Source: Syncephalis fuscata S228 (taxonomy: Eukaryota; Fungi; Zoopagomycota). From it: 64,000 nt of DNA. Position 1 is the first letter of the stretch; each line of letters opens with the position of its first letter. The DNA is taken from positions 186,001-250,000 of the forward strand of contig JAHLTZ010000020.1 in NCBI GenBank assembly GCA_025786725.1. Direction: 5' to 3'. Shown here one piece after another: positions 14,309-22,878 of the stretch. The notes under the pieces were generated by a model, which ran no database searches, was not told where the DNA came from, and saw only the letters and a list, made by a program, of their open reading frames with translations. Position numbers and translations under genes: made by a program.

Positions 14309-15906
14309 ATGAGTTTGAATATCCTACCTCAAGTATGTCTGTCTATTTTAAATATTATATGGTTTATGATATATAATATACTACTTTAGGGCGACCTATT
14401 GACATGCAAAACAAACGGTCACTTGGTTATAGCGCTTAATCGTCCCAAAGTATTCAACGCGTTAAATCTGAAAATGATATGTGATATTAAAGCGCATCTT
14501 TTGGTAAAAAAACATCAACAAACAAAGCATTGAAATGTCGATTTTATTAACAATAAATTATAATAGGAGTTTGAGCAATTTAATGCCAATAAAATAATTG
14601 TAATGAAATCAAGCCATCCTAAAATGTTTTGCTCAGGAGGAGATATTAAAGGTAAAAGTTAGTTGCATAACTTAATATTATCATTAATAATATAAATAGA
14701 TATAATGAGGAAATTAAAAGCCAAAGACCCGACAGCTTTTGGCTATACTCGAGAACAATACCAGCTTAATCACCTTATCGGTACATTAAAAAAGCCATAT
14801 GTTGCTATAATTGATGGCTATACCAGTAAGTAATTATTAAAGGCTGTATATCGTATTAATGGTGTTATTACATAGTGGGTAGTGGAATAGGATTATCGGT
14901 CCATGCACCATTCAGAATTAGCACTGAAAATACAGTGGTTGCAATACCTGAGACCAAGATAGGCTTTTTCCCTGATGTTGGTGCTAGTTTTTTCTTGCCT
15001 CGTATGGATGGAGAAATCGGCATCTATTTGGGTCTCACCGGTGCTCGACTTACAGGCGAGGATGCATTGTGCGTGTAAAAGCTAGCTTGTATAAACAGTC
15101 GGTTAACATCGTGATTAGACATGCTGGATTTGCTACACACCACGTGCAGTCCAAACAGCTGCCTGAATTAGAAAATGCACTTATTAGTTTAGCATCTGCT
15201 GACATCGAATCTGTTCAAGCAACAATCGAGAGGTTTTCAGCCAAGTCTACTGAAAAGCCGTACTCACTTGAACCTCATCGCGCAGCCATCGATCGGTAAT
15301 TAATATTGCATTAAGTCATTACTTTATTAACATGTGTGCTGTGCAGTTGTTTTAAATTTGAGTGCTTGAAGGAAATCTGCAAGGCTCTGGAAAATGAAAA
15401 TACGCCATGGGCTAAAGCAACACTCGAAATGTTACATCAAATGTCACCAACTAGCACTCAGGTAATTAACAAGCAAATTACACAACTGAAATTTAATCTG
15501 CATTTTAGGTGGGGTTATTGCATTTGCGTGCGGCTAGAAGCATGAGTTTTGCGGAGGAAATAATAAATGAATACGATTTAGCTCAAAAATGCCTGGTGAG
15601 TTGGTGTGAATTACTATAAAAAAGCTTTAATTAATCAAACAAAAGCCATATCCCGACTTTTGTGAAGGCGTCACAGCACTACTGGTGGAGAAGCGACCAG
15701 CAGTCTGGTCACCTGCCACCATTGCCGACTTGTCTCTAGAACATATCAAGCAAGAGTATTTTATTAAAAGATCAGCTGAAAAGCTGGTTTTGCTAAACGA
15801 CTGTGACTATAAGCAGTATCCCTATGCTAGAATGGGATCGAATAGCAAGAATTCTGTATTGCAGCTATCGCCAAAACATAAAAGAAATGCGCAAGCCAAT
15901 CTTTAA
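14309..15906 (+). CDS. 3-hydroxyisobutyryl-CoA hydrolase (HIBCH/EHD3-like), copy 2
   Basis: MSLNILPQ|[29 protein letters not shown] ... FCSGGDIK ... [37 protein letters not shown]; ends [10 protein letters not shown]. Confidence 0.9.
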
Positions 15907-16560
15907 CAACTATATGTAATAAAACAGCTTTTTACAAACCTGTATTTTTATTATTGTCAGCAATAATTTTAAGATAGCTACAAGCTTTAAAGCTGTGATG
16001 GTATATTGCTATTATAATATGATATGCTTATCGCTGGCTAAGCGATTACATCTGTTTTGAATATAACTCGAGATATAACTGCAAGCCGAATACACATGAT
16101 ATTATATGGTGCGGTAACTATAATGGCCAAAATAGAGCGTTATAATTATTCTCATTTGCTTATTCAATAAAATGCACTGTTTGGTAACACGTTTTTACTA
16201 TTTTTTATTTGATAAAGGGTGGTTAAACTATTTGGATAAAATGTTTCGTTCCTATATGACACGTGCTATCGGGGTCACATTTTATAACGGCCACTAGTAT
16301 TCTATCTTTTTTTGGACAATCCACGTTTTACAATTTCGTAAATAGTAGTAAATAATATAAACTGATACGATTTCCATTTCTATATTTTATTTATAGCAGC
16401 ACATTTAGATTCTAGGTTCTACTGAGTTTCAGACATATATATATATATGACAATAAAATGACGCATTCTTATTTCTCAAAGATAATAATTGTCTTCTCAT
16501 TTTCCATAAACACAGCTGCATCTTTTCTTGAATTTTTTATTTATCTAATCGTTGTTTAAT

Positions 16561-17884
16561 ATGACTAAATTTATTTCTTTTAACGCTATATCTAATTACG
16601 CTTTGTTGACACTTTTCAGTGTATCACTGGCAAATGCTATCGGGGCAGAACTCGGTGGTGAGTGTGCATGCCTGCTTTAAATACGCAGCTTTATTAAAAC
16701 ATTATCAATTGTAGCTGAACTCAATGATAGCAATCCTGGCTATGCCTATTTCAAAGAATTCAGTGCACTTAAAAAACATGATTTCACATTAATTGAATGG
16801 ATTGGTGGAGCATATGGAGTCAGCCTTGGCGATGTTGAATGGAGAGGCGAACGCAGGTTTTTAAAATGTTCACAGACTAGTCTAACGTTACGCGAGAATG
16901 TGGTGTTTGATGTAAGAATTCAGAATGTTTATTAGAAATTGGCTGACCACAGAAATAGACACTAAAAGCGGTGGAAGGCCAAATTAAAGGCGATATAGCA
17001 AAAGGCAGAGCTTACATCCAACAGCCAATACATAGATTTGAAATACCCGGATCACCCGGTAGTCAAAGCAATAATGTTTGCTATATTTACTCATTTGTTG
17101 AAGGTAAAGAGTTGAACGAATTTAGCGACAAGAAATCATGGATAAACAAGGCTTTATTTCTTCCACAGGTGTTTTATCAAGTGGCCCAAGGTATGTAGCA
17201 ATATTGTAACCTGTATATTGCCACTAATAATAACTAGGTGTCATGTATTTACGCCACGTCAACTTAATTCATAACGACTTGGAGCGCAAAAGTAGGTTAT
17301 CATTATTTATCTATATCGTTACCTAACTATTTTAAATAGATATTCTTGTTAAACATGTATCAGAAGCAAAAACACTAAAAGCAACTATTATCGATTATGA
17401 CATTTCTCAGCTAGCGGTCAACAAAGGCTTTTTAGTTACAAAAAAGTTGGTGTCAGTAAACGGTTTGAGCGCTTCTCCTTCACGTAGTCTATGCACTAGA
17501 GACAATAAAGACCTATCCAAAAAAATATTCAGGTCGATTACCGGCATTTTCCCGTCTCTCTTTGGTGCCGATGATAATGCTATGCTCAATGCGTTGCTAG
17601 AAATCTTCCGACTAGTCGCACGAACATCATGGCGATCAGAACGAAATCAATCGAAGATGTTGGAGAAGCTAAAAGAAGAGTTTAGGAAAAATTATGAAAA
17701 TCCTGAAGCTACAATACTAAAACTTCCAACTGTATTTGATGTAGCAGCAGCAAAAGGCCTACTTAATCTTCTTGAATTTATGGTTTTAATAAGCGACAGC
17801 AACAAAGTAGGCTGCACAATCCCAGTTGAAATGTTAGCACCTACACCTATCGTTGAAAAGATAAAACAACCAGTAAAACAATAA
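16561..17884 (+). CDS. Secreted protein-kinase-like protein
   Basis: Signal peptide MTKFISFNAISNYALLTLFSVSLANA. Spliced kinase motifs: RFLKC (VAIK equivalent), YIYSFVEGKELNEF, VMYLRHVNLIHNDLERK|NILV (catalytic loop), TIIDYD (DFG equivalent). Four introns. Confidence 0.8.
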
Positions 17885-18289
17885 TGCAATATATTTAAAT
17901 AAATCCTAACTAGTATTTAATAATAATAAGCAAATTAATAATACTTTTGATATTTTTATTGTGCAAAATGTTTAATTTAATTACTTGCAGGTTTATTAAA
18001 TACTAATAAACATAGTTAGAACATTAGATAAATACTTTTACTATAATATGGGCGCTACTTCACTTTGAGTTCCTAGCTTCAAACTAGAATAAAAACATCA
18101 ATAACTCGAATAATAAATCATTGATTAGTTTTTACTACTAAGAAGTGGTATTTGTTGAAGTAGTATCATATTAACTTTGATTGAATTAATCAGTGTCTTA
18201 ATTAATATGCACTATTTCCAATATTCAACATTAGTGTTAATAAAATTAAATAGTGTTTCATTTTACTTACAATAAAATAATACATTTAA

Positions 18290-18706
18290 TTATGATGTTG
18301 ATGCAACAATGTTAGTTTGATTTCTTATAATAGTAGGTGGTAAGAAATCAGAAGGTCTTGGTTCACCACTAGCCATTGTACTGAATATACTGTGCATGTT
18401 TCTACTAGCATTAACATTGCACTATTTATTCATTCATATAAACCATTGGTCTATTGCTTCATCTCTTAGAATATGATTATACTTCATTATTTTAATAATG
18501 ACATCTTCTATGACTACACCTGTCTTTATGAAACATCGACTTTGATTGTATTTCCTATTACATTCAGTAATTTATTGGTAGTATGCTCTATAACAATGAC
18601 TTTTAGTATTAAATGGCTTTAATGTTTCTACTGTATCTTGACTTCTACATTTTTTATTTACTCCTTTCACCCCTTCACTTTTAAATACAATTAAACATTC
18701 GCTCAT
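18290..18706 (-). pseudogene. Fanzor-like remnant A (internally deleted, in-frame stops)
   Basis: One frame from ATG18706: MSECLIVFKSEGVKGVNKKCRSQDTVETLKPFNTKSHCY...*CNVNASRNMHSIFSTMASGEPRPSDFLPPTIIRNQTNIVASTS*. The tail matches the TnpB/Fanzor C-terminal RDVNAxxNM...RP signature, with RD mutated to CN. Confidence 0.65.
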
Positions 18707-18833
18707 TACTATAACATGTATAATATTACATCCAACATTAGTTCACTTATGTGTAATTATCAGTATAATATGTAATTAGTTGGTTATCTTTATTATTGCT
18801 TAATATATATATACATTGTCATTATGATATTAA

Positions 18834-19127
18834 TTGTTCAAATGCCATTTATTTAGCCAGATTGGCTATAGGAAAAGTGATTGTTTAATAAACAACATCT
18901 ATAATAATTATATTAATATTGATCTTACATCACAAATATGTCCAAAATACACTAGTAGAATATTAGAAAGTAGAAAAGATCATTCAAACGCAAGAATCCA
19001 TGCTGTACGTAGATGCAACGACTGCGGAACGATATGAAATTGCGATCATATGGCTTTTATTAATATTCGATCAATCTTTCTACGCATGACTAGCAACAAC
19101 AATAATCGACCTCAAATGTTTCAATAG
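18834..19127 (+). pseudogene. Fanzor-like remnant B (internally deleted)
   Basis: Degenerate CCHC knuckle KCHLFSQIGYRKSDC, then DLTSQICPKY (RuvC-II/TSQxCxxC), IHAVRRCNDCGTI*NCDHMAFINIRSIFLRMTSNNNNRPQMFQ (zinc ribbon plus WNRD RuvC-III). The copy near 51900 retains intact WNRD. Confidence 0.85.
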
Positions 19128-19290
19128 AATTAAACAGTATGTCACATTATTTATTTAATTAATTTATTAACAATATTTTAATAGAAAATAATATAACTAT
19201 GTTGTACATAATAATGGCATAACTTCGATTGGAACGAATTGTGCTTTGAGGGCAGATGTGGGAGCAAAGTAAAATGCAACCATAGCCTTT

Positions 19291-19427
19291 TAAATAGTGT
19301 AAAATATCATTTGATTTTCTTGAAACATTTAAGACCGATCATTGTTGGCCATGTGTAGGAAGATTAATTGAATATTAATAGAAGCCATATGCTTGATTCC
19401 ATATTATTCCGCAATTGTTGTTGTTGC
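19291..19427 (-). pseudogene. Another Fanzor-B-like 3' end fragment, inverted relative to 19010-19150
   Basis: The reverse complement reads NNNNCGIIWN(x)HMASINIQLIFLHMANNDRS*MFQ and aligns at DNA level to 19015-19150 and 51871-52010. Confidence 0.8.
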
Positions 19428-19544
19428 GCTAATATATACATGCTATGTATTATTCCATTTTTAGCTTTTAGCTTTTAGTACTTGTTAGTTGAATTAAATA
19501 AACTGTATCATCATATAAAATATTGTGTCTCATTTAACATCATT

Positions 19545-20262
19545 ATAGTATGGTTTGGGGACAAATGACTATTTTTATTAACATTCGAATCTATTGAACA
19601 TGATGATGAATGGTGAGTGACATCAATCATCAAATACTCATCATTATAAATCCATTATTCAGTATACATGTATAATCTATTCACCTATATCATTTCCATT
19701 CCATGATATATTAGACACATTTTATTGTTTATATGCACCAATACACTTCATTCGTTCCCCTTATTGCGCTATATACACTATAAATTTAACAGAGTTATTA
19801 TGCTTTCTTACCATACATTTGTCATTTTATATACTGCTTTATTGTTTTATTGTCTACTAACTACGCACTATTTATTATAGTTGGCCTTTTGGTGCTAGCT
19901 ATATTATTGGTCAATCTCAGCTTATTAAGCTTTATGTACTTGCAACCTATAGCAAATACAATGTGTTTAATATACCATAGAATAATAATGATATAGGTGA
20001 ATAGATTATATATGTGTACTGGATAATAGATCTACAATGATGAGTATTTGATGACTGATGTCACTCACCACCCATCATCATGTTCAATAAATTGGATGTT
20101 GTTGGATGTTAGTCATTTGACCACTAAAAAGCAATAAATGTAATAATGTAGTGATTAAATAAAACCCCCACTTGTCCTATGTTCAATAGATTGAATGTGC
20201 AGTGCAATTACGCGAATGTTATTAAAATAGTCATTTGACCCCCAAATCACATTAAATGACTA
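19545..20262. mobile_element. Foldback/MITE-like element with ~190 bp imperfect terminal inverted repeats
   Basis: Arm ~19545-19733 is the reverse complement of ~19948-20140 (e.g. ATTGAACATGATGATG..TGGTGAGTGACATCA.TCATCAAATACTCATCATT). An extra terminal copy lies at ~20179-20262. No ORF. Confidence 0.8.
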
Positions 20263-20764
20263 ATAGATTGTTTAATGTAAAAATAGATATCTTCATTTAA
20301 TTAATAATTAATGTAATATATACAATCCATAATTTAAATGGTATTGTACATAAAAAGACTATGAACAAACTGAAATACAGATGAGGGAGTTGCTTAAGTG
20401 GTGGAATAAAAGAAAAAATAAAAATCAATTACATAAAAGCAAATATAATTATAGAATATATCAACAGTAGAACAATGAGTGTAATAATAATGACAAACAG
20501 CAGACAATAAAGACAAGTATATTCATAGAACAATGTCACTGGTAAAATAAGAAGTATGGATGCCAATGCATAAACAAATGCCATTATCATAGAACATGAT
20601 ATTATAATTGACAGCTAAACTTTAAGCATTAAATTCAGTATATAAGCAACATTGTTTATTGAATGTTAAATAAAATACTTGTAAGCATATTTATTCTAAA
20701 CTACGTCTTGTATATATAATTAAATAGTGATCCACGAAAAGGGAAAGAAAAAGTGTTAGTGTAA

Positions 20765-22737
20765 ATGGTTATACCAATATAATCACCACAGAGAACGCGG
20801 GATTGTTCCAGTGACTTTTTAGATTTTGAATGTAAGTTTTATTTAAATGTTTAAAATTATTACTAATACAATGTTCTATTACATTTAATTCTATTCTATT
20901 CTATTTAACAATGATTGGTAGTACTCCCATTGCAGCTGTTCGACTATCCGAAACGTCAAACTTTGACCTATTAGTCAAGCTAGAATACCGGAATCCCACC
21001 GGTTCAATTAAGGATCGTGTTGCCGACTGGTATCTAAAAGGTAAGAAGTCAGCGTAGATATACAAGTATTATTGACGTCAACCGTTTAGAGCTCCAGACT
21101 AAAGGACAATTTGGCGCGCCCTCAACTCTTGTCGTTCCAACCACTGGCAATCTTGGTAAGTATAGCATTCCTAAACTAAAAATGCGCTAACCGACTATAT
21201 ATATATTAATATATCAATTAAAGCAATTGCTCTTGCGGCGCGTTCTCGCCAATTTGGCTTCAAAGTGATTGCTGTCGTGCCAGAAAGTACAAGTTTCGAC
21301 CGAATTCACTTACTAAAAGCTCAAGGCGTCGAAATTGTACGCACTCCTAATGTACGACGTGCCTCAGAAGAAAGTTGCTTTGCCGTAGCTCGTCGTATTG
21401 CCTCTGGACTGACTAACGGGTGCTTATTGACGAGGTAACATTGAAGGTAGTTTATATAAAACATATAACTAACCAATGGTCACTATTTAGACTGAAGACT
21501 CAATTTCACCGCGAGATGTCTATCGCACAATGAGTCAAGAGATTATTAATATTTGCCCTGAAATGGATGTATATTTGTGGGGGTTGAATCAGGCAGTAAG
21601 TGAAGGAAAAACATGACGTCAACCAAGTGTATAATGTTAATTAGGTGCCCTTCATGGACTTAGCATGTCATTAAGAAGTAAATATTCTAATCTTAAGGTA
21701 ATTAAATCCAGTAGCATGTTATATTTTTATTAATTGCTATACAGGTGGTGGGTGTGTTACCAGATGGTGCTACATTTGAAGAAAAGAGTAAAAGTATAAT
21801 CCAACAGGTAAAATTAAAATATATATTTATATATGCCAACTATATTTAATATGATAATTCTATTAGACTTGGAAAATTGAAGATATTGGCACTCAAGCTA
21901 CTACACCACATATTGCCCAGGCATCTGTCGATCAATGGGCTTATATATCTGATCGTGATGCTTATTCTACCGCACGTGAACTTATTCGTGAATATGGCAT
22001 TTTAGGCGGTAATAATCATAATCATAATAATTAATAGTATTTATTATATAACTAATATGTAAGTATAAATATAAATATAGGTCCATCAGGTGGTGCAGTG
22101 GTGGCTGCTGCTCGTGAATATCATACAGCAAATAAGAAGCATAAGTTATTTGCTATTATTAATGATTCAGCCACATTCTATCCATCCACTTTATTAAACG
22201 ATGAATGGTTAATGGCCAATGATGTGGCAGGTGCCGCATTACTACGAGAGATTCAACATCAAGCACTAGAAAAATACCGCGGTGTAAGTTACTCTTTAGC
22301 GATAGTATTATGACTTACAGCAATATTAGGCGAGTGTTGAAGATCTTCAATTATCGGCGGCTGTGACAATACGTGAAACAATGTCACTGGCCGATGCATT
22401 GGATCAAATGACTGAAAGAGAATTTTCTCAATTACCCGTACTTGATGAACATCGTAAAATGATTGGATTTGTCTATGATGCTGATCTTCGTGCCGTTCTA
22501 GACAGCCAACAAGCAGCACCCGCTGATCCAGTAAAGCAATGGATGCATCGCTTCTCTGGTGGTAGTCGTCGTTGCTACCAAGTCATTACACCGGATACAC
22601 CATTAGCCGAATTGGCTTCATTCTTTGAACGACACAGTGCTGCATTTGTGACAGATATCCAGCGTCGTTGGTGTCTAGGTGTAGCAACTAAATATGATCT
22701 TATTCGATTTTTGACTGGTCGAGGACAAATAGTTTAA
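20765..22737 (+). CDS. Cystathionine beta-synthase-like PLP enzyme (fold type II domain + C-terminal CBS-domain pair), divergent
   Basis: IGSTPI, VKLEYRNPTGSIKDR (PLP lysine), PTTGNL, GVEIVRTP, GPSGGAVVAAA, and CBS pair MTEREFSQLPVLDE...ITPDTPLAELASFF. Start codon uncertain (20765-20911); apparent frameshifts near 21420 and 21575. Confidence 0.8.
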
Positions 22738-22878
22738 TAATCTAATTGATTTTATTCATTAATAAATACATTACTGATATAAAGATCATTCAAATAGTAA
22801 ATAAATAATATTTCATATTTTATTACAATTATTATAATAGCTTTTATATTTTATTTATATAGCTATAATACTTTGTTA

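Larger units (their letters stand above)
10680..16084 (+). repeat. Tandem duplication of a ~2.1 kb unit (~10680-12811 and ~13936-16084) containing the HIBCH-like gene and its promoter
   Basis: Direct comparison: 3' parts are almost letter-for-letter identical at offset 3273, and three ORF-track peptides are repeated exactly. 5' exons and promoter are clearly homologous but diverged. Confidence 0.95.
18057..19180. mobile_element. Decayed non-autonomous element carrying two divergent Fanzor/TnpB-like gene remnants
   Basis: Both outer parts (18057-18308 and ~18950-19180) recur, fused together, at 51574-52050. The interior holds two outward-pointing ORF relics, each ending in a RuvC-III (WN)RD-x-x-A-x-x-N ... 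RP motif. Confidence 0.75.

Noticed and set aside
18057-19427. Intact, active Fanzor nuclease or a transposase in this window
   Set aside because: All copies are internally deleted and carry stops or mutated catalytic residues. No DDE, HUH or serine-recombinase ORF and no convincing TIR/TSD pair was visible.
20582-20598. 17-nt exact inverted match CATTATCATAGAACATG with 47247-47263
   Set aside because: Possibly another old repeat family, but flanking similarity is too weak to define an element by eye.
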